IMG/VR virus record: IMGVR_UViG_3300037044_000012
Span: 1-46,015 of that record
DNA length: 46,015 nucleotides
Direction: 5' to 3' (one strand)
Source of the DNA: a virus
Taxonomy: Duplodnaviria; Caudoviricetes
The notes beneath the pieces are model-generated. The model was not told the DNA's origin. It did no database searches and was given only the letters and a program-made list of their open reading frames with translations. Shown piece by piece: positions 1 to 7,457 of the stretch. Numbering within the stretch: the first letter of the stretch is position 1; each line of letters starts with the position of its first letter. The position numbers and the translations under genes are program-made.

Positions 1-108
1 ATGAACGTCGAGCTGGGGCGTATCTGTCTCGAACAGACCGCAAGCAATCGCGTCGTCAACGCTTATGCTGCGCGACGCGATCCAGTCCTCCAGTGTAAAG
101 TCTGTCAT
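1..108 (-). CDS. N-terminal 36 codons of the primase-helicase (continues across the window junction into 46015-43937)
   Basis: ATG at 108 overlaps the TGA of the upstream ORF (ATGA). MTDFTLEDWIASRSISVDDAIACGLFETDTPQLDVH has no stop and is in frame with the open frame at the right end. Confidence 0.75.
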   Translation of the reverse strand, partial: MTDFTLEDWIASRSISVDDAIACGLFETDTPQLDVH

Positions 109-536
109 AGCTTACCCTCGACGTAATCCGCCAAGCGGCGAAGTTCTTGAGGATCAGTGCAGTTTGACTTCATCGTGTTAGCGCGTTTGCTGATTACACG
201 AACATTGCCTTTAACGTAACCAAGTTCCGGGCGTAGCTTGTCAACACTTGGGTTCATTTCACTTTGCTTGCCGAGTACAAACGGGCACAGCATTACGGGA
301 CAAGCGGCGGGGACGGTAATGTCGTCCGGTTCAATGTTGAACGGAATATTTTTCGCAGCAGCCTTGTATTTTAACCGCGCCCAGGCGTGCTTGGGCCATG
401 TAACTGTGTCAGTTCTGCGCTTACGCGCGTGCTCGCGACGCCGCGTTTTTATACGCTCGCGAAATTCTATATCGTCGCGATAACGCGCATTATGTCGAGC
501 GCGTTTGCGAGCAACTAGTTGGGCGGGGTCAGCCAC
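105..536 (-). CDS. HNH-like endonuclease
   Basis: Basic N-terminus, CPVMLCPF, and SVDKLRPELGYVKGNVRVISKRANTMK, resembling the phage HNH beta-beta-alpha motif (SxDR...GY..GNV..I...AN..K). Confidence 0.7.
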   Translation of the reverse strand: MADPAQLVARKRARHNARYRDDIEFRERIKTRRREHARKRRTDTVTWPKHAWARLKYKAAAKNIPFNIEPDDITVPAACPVMLCPFVLGKQSEMNPSVDKLRPELGYVKGNVRVISKRANTMKSNCTDPQELRRLADYVEGKL

Positions 537-543
537 GCTCTAA

Positions 544-912
544 TCAATCGGCGATGTGTTTGCCAAACTGCGCGACCGCGTGCTCTGCGTTCGCGTAAAT
601 GTGCGAGGGCGGAACATGAAGCGGCCCTTTCGATTGGTTGCGCAGCCAACGCTTGCCGCGCACGATAGCGCGCCGCGCATCAGCTTCTGAGTTGAACGGC
701 GCGAAAGTCGCGGTCGGAACGTAGCCCGCAACTTGAGACGGCACATAGCGTCGCGTTTTCTTGCCACTGTAATAGCCGAGTTGCTGAAACATACGGTCGG
801 ACTTCACGCCGCGCCGCTGGTGATGAACAACGGCGTTTATCGGCGCAGCGCCGAACAAGTCGCCAGTGCTCGCGACCATAGAGATAGCCGCCCCAATTAA
901 TCCCCGCCGCAT
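544..912 (-). CDS. hypothetical early protein
   Basis: 122 aa ORF in a tightly packed - strand operon; GGAGGG-like RBS. Confidence 0.6.
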   Translation of the reverse strand: MRRGLIGAAISMVASTGDLFGAAPINAVVHHQRRGVKSDRMFQQLGYYSGKKTRRYVPSQVAGYVPTATFAPFNSEADARRAIVRGKRWLRNQSKGPLHVPPSHIYANAEHAVAQFGKHIAD

Positions 913-914
913 GT

Positions 915-1598
915 TTACGCCCTCCGTGGTAGCTCTGGAAACGCTTGTTCAAGTGTTTGCGCCAACTTCTCCGCTGGCGTTCCGCTGACGTAAACACTCA
1001 CCACGACGCGGTAGTACACGCCGGGATTAGTGCCGACTTCGAAAAAGCTTGCGATGTCACTTGACGGAAAATGAAAGCCGGCCGTGTCGCGATCTTGCCC
1101 GCGCGCTCGGCTGATTTGTGCGCGGAAGCCCTTCTCGCGACGCTCGCACTCGGCGTAGCTCATGCACTCCGGCACGTCGCCCAAAACGTCTTGAACGTAC
1201 ATCGCGACGTTGAACATAAGGCCCATTAGACCTTCGCCGACAATTTCTTTCGTGGCGACTTCTTCGGCCGCTGATTTGGCAGTGCCCAGCAGGCGCATGA
1301 TAGTCGCCGTTGCGTGGAATGTTTTGACGCGGCCGTCAGGCTCTTGCTCTTGCTCGGCGCGACGTCGCGCGATGTCTCGCGCTACGTCGTCGCGAATAAT
1401 CATCACGCGGCCGTTCTCAACAGCAATGATCGCAGCGCCGCCGCCTAGCGTCATGGCGGGCGATACAGTTGCCTTGTTGTGAGCCTTGCCGCCCCAGGTC
1501 TCGCTGATCTTGTCCAGCACAGACTGCAAGCCTTCGAGCGTGAAGCCTTCGCCGTCCACGTTGATAGGGTCGACCGTGTAAAAGCGCTCATTGCTCAC
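915..1598 (-). CDS. hypothetical early protein
   Basis: 227 aa ORF with GGAG upstream and operon packing. Confidence 0.7.
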   Translation of the reverse strand: MSNERFYTVDPINVDGEGFTLEGLQSVLDKISETWGGKAHNKATVSPAMTLGGGAAIIAVENGRVMIIRDDVARDIARRRAEQEQEPDGRVKTFHATATIMRLLGTAKSAAEEVATKEIVGEGLMGLMFNVAMYVQDVLGDVPECMSYAECERREKGFRAQISRARGQDRDTAGFHFPSSDIASFFEVGTNPGVYYRVVVSVYVSGTPAEKLAQTLEQAFPELPRRA

Positions 1599-1601
1599 GG
1601 G

Positions 1602-1787
1602 TTACTCTCCGTGCTCTGTAAGCAGTTCAGCAATGCGCAACGTGATCTTGTCGGCCTCTTCCTGTGTGGCGCTCGGTGCGTGCGCGAAGAACGCGGACGG
1701 CACGGCCACCAACAGAAACGTTTCGCCATTTTTGAGGATTACGCGCCCCGGCTCGACGGTAAACGTCGCGCGCTCTTTCTTAGCCAT
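1602..1787 (-). CDS. hypothetical early protein
   Basis: 61 aa; RBS GGAGTAGGA before ATG. Confidence 0.65.
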   Translation of the reverse strand: MAKKERATFTVEPGRVILKNGETFLLVAVPSAFFAHAPSATQEEADKITLRIAELLTEHGE

Positions 1788-1817
1788 CGTCCTACTCCCA
1801 GTCTCAGAATTGCACAG

Positions 1818-1919
1818 TTAGAAACGTTTTGTCAAACGCTCCACGGAATCGGCCAGGATCAGCACGCCCACTAGGCACGCCATAATCAGCCAAAAGCCCA
1901 GTAACGGAGCGCCTTTCAT
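1818..1919 (-). CDS. small single-pass membrane protein (33 aa, not in ORF track)
   Basis: MKGAPLLGFWLIMACLVGVLILADSVERLTKRF; ATG overlaps the upstream stop (ATGA). Confidence 0.6.
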   Translation of the reverse strand: MKGAPLLGFWLIMACLVGVLILADSVERLTKRF

Positions 1920-2098
1920 GACTTGTCAGGGTAGCCAAAAGAATGCCAACGCCAAAGAGCCTCCCACGTGTAATGTCGCGCCATAGTCTGCGCGCCAATT
2001 GTCGGAAACAAAACGGGGTAGATAAGCAACCGCCGCACTAGCTCAGCGTGTGCGTCGGACTTCGGGCTTATCTCTTGGCCGCAGTGTGCGCACTTCAC
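1916..2098 (-). CDS. hypothetical protein with CxxC and hydrophobic segments
   Basis: 60 aa, GTGA overlap with the upstream ORF, MKCAHC. Confidence 0.55.
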   Translation of the reverse strand: MKCAHCGQEISPKSDAHAELVRRLLIYPVLFPTIGAQTMARHYTWEALWRWHSFGYPDKS

Positions 2099-2301
2099 TT
2101 GTCAGTTCTCCACTTGTCGAGCTGACGCGCTAGATCGTTCAGCTCGTCTTGATCTAGCGTCGTCAGCACTTTCCAGCCCGTCGCGCGCTGCACGATTTCG
2201 CACACATAGCCTGTAGCTCTGCTGCGACGCATCGTAAAGTTAGAGGCGTGCCCCGGCTTCCGATCGTCGCGCGTTGTGAACATCGTTTTGCGGTTTCTCA
2301 T
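2095..2301 (-). CDS. hypothetical early protein
   Basis: Start reassigned to ATG 2301 (GGGAG RBS, ATGA overlap with the upstream micro-ORF). Confidence 0.6.
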   Translation of the reverse strand: MRNRKTMFTTRDDRKPGHASNFTMRRSRATGYVCEIVQRATGWKVLTTLDQDELNDLARQLDKWRTDK

Positions 2302-2402
2302 TGTCTGAACAGCTCCCAAATAGAAAACGCCAACGCCCAATAGAGCGCGAGGCAAATCAGAATTGCCGCCGCGTTAATCGCGACCTTCCCCCAGTCAATC
2401 AT
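2298..2402 (-). CDS. small single-pass membrane protein (34 aa, not in ORF track)
   Basis: MIDWGKVAINAAAILICLALYWALAFSIWELFRQ; ATGA overlaps at both ends; GGGAG RBS. Confidence 0.65.
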   Translation of the reverse strand: MIDWGKVAINAAAILICLALYWALAFSIWELFRQ

Positions 2403-2686
2403 GTGACTTTCTCCCTTCCAGTAAGCGGCTTGCCGCGCGCAAGCTCTGCTATTGTTGTCTCGACGCCTTGCGCAGTCATTGGCGCGGCGAGTATAGCGCG
2501 CACGCTTCGCGCGGACCTGTCTAGTGATCGTGCGTGATTTTCAAACTCAACGCGGCTCTTAGTGCCGCGCTTGCGATGCGTCGCCATATAGCGCCAGCGC
2601 GTCGCCTCTATCTCTAAGTTGTAAGCACATATCGCCAGCGCGTTGCGCAAGTCCGCGACAGTGACGGGAAGGATTGCTTCGCTCAT
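2399..2686 (-). CDS. hypothetical early protein
   Basis: 95 aa ORF, GGAG RBS. Confidence 0.6.
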   Translation of the reverse strand: MSEAILPVTVADLRNALAICAYNLEIEATRWRYMATHRKRGTKSRVEFENHARSLDRSARSVRAILAAPMTAQGVETTIAELARGKPLTGREKVT

Positions 2687-2751
2687 AGCTCAACGTCTCC
2701 AGAAATACGGAACGAAGCGTGGGCGCTTCAGTGGCCAAAGGCGCAGCCATT

Positions 2752-2961
2752 TTAGGCGCATGACTTAGCATCCATTGCTAAAGCTTCGAGCCAATTGGCA
2801 GCATGGCGAAGCGGTCGAGACATATAAGAATCGGTGGCCTCTGTATATGTCTCGCCCTCTCGCAAGTGCCGACAAACGCCAGTTGATTGCGCAAACATCA
2901 CATGAGCTTCGCGCGTTGGATACCAGCCCGCAGCGCGCGCCTTCTCTTCAAGTGTGCTCAT
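2752..2961 (-). CDS. hypothetical early protein
   Basis: 69 aa, ATGA overlap, AAGGGA RBS. Confidence 0.6.
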   Translation of the reverse strand: MSTLEEKARAAGWYPTREAHVMFAQSTGVCRHLREGETYTEATDSYMSRPLRHAANWLEALAMDAKSCA

Positions 2962-3188
2962 TGTGCAAGTCCCTTTAAATGATCCAGCTCGGCTCTGCGG
3001 CTTCCGTTGTCAGTAGCGTCGGCAGCATCGGCCGCGCGCTCAAGCTCAGACCAAGCTTGATCCAACCACAAACGCCGCAGCGCCTTAGTGGAAGCCTGCG
3101 CTGCAAGTTCTAGGCTAGTGGCCGCTTCGCGCATGAAGAAGCTCCAGCGCGCGCCATAGCGCGTTTCTAGCGCGCTCACGGCTGACAC
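2958..3188 (-). CDS. hypothetical early protein
   Basis: 76 aa helical ORF overlapping its neighbours. Confidence 0.55.
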   Translation of the reverse strand: MSAVSALETRYGARWSFFMREAATSLELAAQASTKALRRLWLDQAWSELERAADAADATDNGSRRAELDHLKGLAQ

Positions 3189-3460
3189 GCGCGCAAAAAA
3201 CGCTCCCGATCAAAGCGCGGGTTTGTGTCAGCGAGGCGCAACGCGAATTGCTTCGCGATGTCAGCTCGCAACGCTTCCGGCTCGGCGTCATAGCCCGTGC
3301 AATCGAGCGCGCTAATGATCGTCGCCACGGTTGCAAAGTGTCTGTGTTGCATGTCGCCTAACTTGCCGCGATCCTTGCCGTGCGCGGCGGACTGCGTTAG
3401 CTTGGAAGTTGCGCAGCGTGGCTTATAGCCCGTGCGTCCGTCTGTTTTGTTCGTTCCCAT
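3176..3460 (-). CDS. hypothetical early protein
   Basis: Start reassigned to ATG 3460 (GGAG RBS). C-terminal NPRFDRERFLRAC resembles a motif seen in small phage proteins. Confidence 0.65.
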   Translation of the reverse strand: MGTNKTDGRTGYKPRCATSKLTQSAAHGKDRGKLGDMQHRHFATVATIISALDCTGYDAEPEALRADIAKQFALRLADTNPRFDRERFLRACQP

Positions 3461-3525
3461 AGCTCTAAGCTCCAAATCGCACCTAGCGTGCGGCGCTGCG
3501 TCCAGTGGGCGCAAGGCGACGCGCT

Positions 3526-3633
3526 AAGAAAGCGGGCGAGGCATTGGCTTACAGAGCAGCTTCTAAGCTGATGTGACTTCATGCCCCGCCCTAGGTATCG
3601 CCGTGCATCGGGAGGAGAGTGATGCGCGGCGAT
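3526..3633 (-). ncRNA. structured 3' element after the DUF932 gene: hairpin with ACUCUCCUCCC loop plus an 11-bp stem with U-rich tail
   Basis: 13-bp inverted repeat 3597-3609/3621-3633 with one mismatch on the - strand; second stem 3534-3544/3581-3591 followed by GCUUUCUU. Confidence 0.5.
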
Positions 3634-3638
3634 TGTTC

Positions 3639-4655
3639 TTAGGCGGCTAGCAACAGGTCGACCGCACGCGCCTTCAAGTCAGCGCCTGAACCGAATTGAG
3701 CCGAGTAGAGACGCGACAGCTTAGCGCCGTCACCATTGTCGCGGGCGCTGCGTTCGTGGTCAACGTAGCGTGTAACGGCTTGCAGCGCCGCGAACTTGGT
3801 CATGGGCGCGTTAGCTGCCTCTGCCTTGTGCGCGTCCTGCATCGCACGCGTCAGCGCGTCGAATTGATTCGCCTTGCGCGTCGAAATGTCTTCGCGCTTG
3901 TCGCCAAGTGGAATGTCCAGCAACGTTTTAAAGAACGTGGCAATATATTCCTTGCTGACTTGCTGCGTCGCGAACGCGTCGCCCATTTCCTTGAACTTGT
4001 CGAAACCCTGCACGAGCTTCGCAAAGTCGCGCGCCGCGTTGTCGCGCACTTGCCCCGCAAACTTGGTGCGGTGCGTGAACGACAGCGTTGACGCGTTGTC
4101 GGCATCGCTCATTTGCAGCGTGTTGTTACACACGACGCAAGTCGACGTAGCGCGAAGCGAAGAGCGGCGCGACTTGTCAAACGACGTGAAAAACAGAGCG
4201 AACATTTCATGCTTCGCGCCGCCAATTTGGAAGTCAGCTGCGTTAAAGCGAGCCGTTGCCCAAATCACTGCGCCGCCTTTGAGCGCGCCTGCGGTTTCCA
4301 TCGTAAAGCGATCGTCGACCGTGAAATATTCGCTGACGAATTGCAGCACGTCGAGAGGCTGAACCGGGTGATATTGTTCGCTCACGGGTTGGCCGATCGG
4401 CTTCATCACGTCATCGCGGACAAGGTGAAACACGTTGCCGACTTCTTCCATGACGGGCGAGCCGTCAGCATTCATGCCGGCTTTGAAATAGCTCGGCACA
4501 CGCGCCACGTGATAATCCAAGCCCGCATCGCGCGCCCAAACTTCTACCGGAGCGCCTTTAGGCGTGACTTGGCCGAGACCATGCCAAGCGTCGCGCGAGC
4601 CCTCAACGCGTGAGAAAGCGTCGATGCCTTTTGTGTTGTCGATCATATGTGCCAT
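3639..4655 (-). CDS. DUF932 / LGT_TIGR03299-family protein
   Basis: MAH..., AWHGLG, AGLDY, ETAGALKGG, VVCNNTL, HRTK and QAVTRYVDH are the characteristic motifs of this family. Confidence 0.85.
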   Translation of the reverse strand: MAHMIDNTKGIDAFSRVEGSRDAWHGLGQVTPKGAPVEVWARDAGLDYHVARVPSYFKAGMNADGSPVMEEVGNVFHLVRDDVMKPIGQPVSEQYHPVQPLDVLQFVSEYFTVDDRFTMETAGALKGGAVIWATARFNAADFQIGGAKHEMFALFFTSFDKSRRSSLRATSTCVVCNNTLQMSDADNASTLSFTHRTKFAGQVRDNAARDFAKLVQGFDKFKEMGDAFATQQVSKEYIATFFKTLLDIPLGDKREDISTRKANQFDALTRAMQDAHKAEAANAPMTKFAALQAVTRYVDHERSARDNGDGAKLSRLYSAQFGSGADLKARAVDLLLAA

Positions 4656-4670
4656 GAGATTTAGTCCCTT

Positions 4671-4723
4671 TGCGTTTCGGCCCTAGTTGGCCTCATCAGG
4701 CGGGCAAGATAACCCGCGACGCA
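4671..4723 (-). ncRNA. type III hammerhead ribozyme
   Basis: - strand reads UGCG-U-C / GCGGGU UAUCUU GCCCGC / CUGAUGA / GGCC AACUAG GGCC / GAAA / CGCA. Full conserved core, three stems, GUC cleavage triplet (cut between 4718 and 4717). Confidence 0.93.
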
Positions 4724-4729
4724 TCAGCC

Positions 4730-5035
4730 CTAGCGTGGCCCGTTTCTAACGGACCACGCTTGCGCCAGCTCGACGCGCTTAGAACGCGGCGTGTGTGCCG
4801 ACAAATCGCCAGCCATAAGGCTATCAAGAACGCCATCGCCCAAATGATAGGCGTAGCTGATATGTGTTAGCCGGCCGACTTGCAGCGTACGCTTGAGCCC
4901 TATTTGAAAGCGCGAAGGGTCCGCGAACGCCTCATACATACGGTCACCAAAATCCAGCAGGTACGCTGCGTGATCCACGTCGATTACGTCTTCGCCGTCG
5001 AGCGTCTCAATGATCCAGTCAAACTCTGCGGCCAC
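4730..5035 (-). CDS. hypothetical early protein
   Basis: 101 aa, GTG start with GGAGG RBS; stop ends just before the ribozyme. Confidence 0.65.
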   Translation of the reverse strand: MAAEFDWIIETLDGEDVIDVDHAAYLLDFGDRMYEAFADPSRFQIGLKRTLQVGRLTHISYAYHLGDGVLDSLMAGDLSAHTPRSKRVELAQAWSVRNGPR

Positions 5036-5038
5036 GAC

Positions 5039-5347
5039 TCAGCCCTCCCGCGCTTGTGCGAAGTCGACGGCAAAGCCGCGCTCTTCAGCAACTACGCCAG
5101 TGGGCGCTTCGCGATCATAGCGCGGCGTGAACGTCAACACGTTATAGAATGGCGCAGCTTCATGCGAGCGCGTCAGCACGTAGGAATGTAAGCCAGTGCT
5201 GCGGCAAGCGTGCTCGGCGATGCAGCGAGCTGACTCCAATGTGAGAGCGCGCGGTTTGCTGGATTCCGTCAAGCCTTCGCGGTCGAAATACTCAACCGGC
5301 TTAGCGCCAGCGACGCCACTCTCGCGGATGACTTTAAATTCCTGCAT
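5039..5347 (-). CDS. hypothetical early protein (first gene of the leftward operon)
   Basis: 102 aa, AGGGAGG RBS, directly downstream of a near-consensus promoter. Confidence 0.7.
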   Translation of the reverse strand: MQEFKVIRESGVAGAKPVEYFDREGLTESSKPRALTLESARCIAEHACRSTGLHSYVLTRSHEAAPFYNVLTFTPRYDREAPTGVVAEERGFAVDFAQAREG

Positions 5348-5389
5348 CAGATGCCTCCCTAAAGCGCCGCAACTGCTGCGACAGCTACG

Positions 5390-5418
5390 GTTATAAGGCA
5401 GCTAGTGTGTAATGTCAA
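5390..5418 (-). promoter_or_regulatory. sigma70-type early promoter (leftward)
   Basis: TTGACA (5418-5413), 17-bp spacer, TATAAC (5395-5390). Confidence 0.8.
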
Positions 5419-5490
5419 GCGGTTATAAGTTAGCTGCATGATCGAAATTCGCTTATTGTTTATGTCTCTATGTGGTTACTCTTTATTACA

Positions 5491-5523
5491 TTACTACTTA
5501 TATACCTTAGCCTTACTACTTAT
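5491..5523. repeat. 11-bp AT-rich direct repeat TTACTACTTAT x2
   Basis: Copies at 5491-5501 and 5513-5523 (22-bp period) in the most AT-rich part of the window. Confidence 0.6.
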
Positions 5524-5650
5524 TAAACAGAACGCGTATAGAAGCAGAAAAGAAAAGTTATGCGAACCTGCGCAATGTGCGCAGTATCTCGGCCGCTTTC
5601 ACCGGGCACGGAGCCGGCCGAGAAACTTCGCAACCACGCCACATAGTCGC

Positions 5651-5678
5651 TTGACATTATACAGCTACATGCTATGTT
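5651..5678 (+). promoter_or_regulatory. rightward sigma70-type promoter
   Basis: TTGACA, 16-bp spacer, (TGC)TATGTT. Confidence 0.6.
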
Positions 5679-5710
5679 CTAAGTACGTTAGCTTATAAGG
5701 AACTAGAGAC

Positions 5711-5812
5711 ATGAACATTCCCGCCCTTCGCACCCTTCTCGCCCCTAGCTACGTGGCCCGCAAGCCTGCGTGGTTCGTAGCTGCCCAGGTTCGTGAGGCA
5801 ACCAAGCGTTAA
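5711..5812 (+). CDS. small basic protein (33 aa, not in ORF track)
   Basis: MNIPALRTLLAPSYVARKPAWFVAAQVREATKR; AAGGA RBS; directly after the promoter and followed by a palindrome. Confidence 0.5.
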   Translation: MNIPALRTLLAPSYVARKPAWFVAAQVREATKR

Positions 5813-5820
5813 GTTATAAT

Positions 5821-5849
5821 GTGACATGGCTATGTGTTAGCCATGTCAC
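5821..5849. repeat. perfect 12-bp inverted repeat
   Basis: GTGACATGGCTA-tgtgt-TAGCCATGTCAC. Confidence 0.8.
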
Positions 5850-6029
5850 TCTAACTCGCAGCTGCGGCGTAGCGCGGCGGCTTCGGGTTCGACTACCGGG
5901 GGCGGGGTTCGTGGCTGGTTGGGCTTGCCATGTCAGACACAGCCCGCCAAGTACACATAATTTCACAACAACCATATAACCAATCAACAAAGTACCATAG
6001 CTCACATTATCCGTCAATTCGCCCGTGTC

Positions 6030-6057
6030 TTGACATGCCGGATAACTCAGCCATGCT
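6030..6057 (+). promoter_or_regulatory. putative late-operon promoter
   Basis: TTGACA, 16-bp spacer, CATGCT; same spacing as the other rightward candidates. Confidence 0.45.
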
Positions 6058-6168
6058 CGCGGCGAGAGAAACCAACCACGGGCCGGGGCAGGCGCTTCGG
6101 GGCAGTGCGTGATCGGCACAAGAGCGCCCCGTGTGTTGGTATCTCGATCGACTTGAAGGCTGACGACT

Positions 6169-6378
6169 ATGGGCGAGAGAACTGCTGAACATCGCCGCCG
6201 CATTTTGCGCGCGGCCAACATCATTCCGGGCGCAGCGCCTGTGAATGCGCTCAACGGCATCGTCGTGCGAAATCGCGCGCGCCAAGCGCAGCGTGAGAAT
6301 CCGCCTCCGCAAATTCCGCTGCATCGGCGCACGGGCGTCAACGCGCTTCGCGGCCGTATGCGTGAACCGGCGTACTAG
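6169..6378 (+). CDS. hypothetical Arg-rich protein
   Basis: 69 aa, GAAGG RBS, 2 bp before the next ORF. Confidence 0.5.
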   Translation: MGERTAEHRRRILRAANIIPGAAPVNALNGIVVRNRARQAQRENPPPQIPLHRRTGVNALRGRMREPAY

Positions 6379-6380
6379 TC

Positions 6381-7121
6381 GTGCTCTCGAATTTTCTTCG
6401 ACGGATTCTCAGCGGCGGGCGCGCGCAGCCGCAGCTCGACACTGTGCGAGCAAATCCGAACGACCCGATTCACTCCGCGCTCGGTCAAGGCGGGCCGCAA
6501 GATGGGCTCGGTGGCGGCGGATATGCTTCAGGCTCAGGCGTCGCGACTGGCGGCGATCGGTTCGGCCGCACTGGCGGATCGCAGTTGAGCGGCGGACAGC
6601 AGCGCTACAACGCGATCATGGCGAACTTGCACGAAGATCAGAACGCGCCGCGTCGATTCTCGGAAGCCGGTGGAATTTTGCCCGCGCCGTACGAAGCGCA
6701 CATGAGTCCCGATGTGCTCGAAGCGCATCCGAACGAAACGATGGGCCAACGTTACGGGCCTTCAGCACAAGCGACGATGCCTTTGCCGCCGACGCCCGGT
6801 GCGACTGAGTTGACGCCTGCACAGGCGCAGCACTACGCGATTGATCCGACTTCGCCGACAGGCTACCGCGTGTTGAACGAAAACACGCGCTATGCGCAAG
6901 TGCGGCCGGGCGCGCTCGGCGACGTTGCGCGCGCTCACGCTGAAAATTCGCTCCGTCAAAATTCTCTCGGCCGCTTTGTCGGCTCGCGCGCAACACCTTC
7001 GCGCGGCGGTTCGGGCGGCAGCGGCGGACGCAGTGCTCCGTCATCGAGCGGCGGGAAGAAGAGTTCGGGCGGAAGCTCAGGTGGAAGTTCAGGCGGCGGC
7101 GGAAAAGGCGGCGGCAAGTAA
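6381..7121 (+). CDS. hypothetical Gly/Ser-rich protein
   Basis: 246 aa with a low-complexity G/S/K tail; codon usage like neighbouring genes. Confidence 0.65.
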   Translation: MLSNFLRRILSGGRAQPQLDTVRANPNDPIHSALGQGGPQDGLGGGGYASGSGVATGGDRFGRTGGSQLSGGQQRYNAIMANLHEDQNAPRRFSEAGGILPAPYEAHMSPDVLEAHPNETMGQRYGPSAQATMPLPPTPGATELTPAQAQHYAIDPTSPTGYRVLNENTRYAQVRPGALGDVARAHAENSLRQNSLGRFVGSRATPSRGGSGGSGGRSAPSSSGGKKSSGGSSGGSSGGGGKGGGK

Positions 7122-7133
7122 GAGGGGGACAAC

Positions 7134-7457
7134 ATGGCTTATCGAACTCGGAAGCGCCGCGCGCGAAAACCTGCGGCGCTTCATCTGTACGAAGTGACGT
7201 ACACGATCATCGGCGGCGAGATTGAGCATCACGTTTATCGGCTGCGTTGCCGAAAGCTGACGCCGGCAATCATGCGCTCGAACAAACCGCTGATCGGTGA
7301 AGTTTGCGCGAAGCTCGATGCGAGACATTGGACGCCGTTCGGCCTCGGCGCGCTGCCGGGCGTTGAAGCATACAACCCGCGCACTGTTCGCGAATTGCCG
7401 AACGTCGACGTTCCGGCTAAACCGGCCGTTGAGATTATCGAAGGGGGAAAGAAATGA
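7134..7457 (+). CDS. hypothetical protein
   Basis: 107 aa, GAGGGGG RBS. Confidence 0.65.
   Translation: MAYRTRKRRARKPAALHLYEVTYTIIGGEIEHHVYRLRCRKLTPAIMRSNKPLIGEVCAKLDARHWTPFGLGALPGVEAYNPRTVRELPNVDVPAKPAVEIIEGGKK

Noticed and set aside
1804-1998. 64-aa ORF from the track
   Set aside because: Overlaps two better-coupled ORFs (1916-2098 and 1818-1919).
5350-5830. Lysogeny switch or CtrA boxes at the divergent promoters
   Set aside because: No integrase or HTH repressor is recognisable, and no TTAA-N7-TTAA match was found.
5855-5905. GGGTTCGACT resembling a tRNA T-loop
   Set aside because: The T-stem is mismatched and no acceptor, D or anticodon arms can be built.
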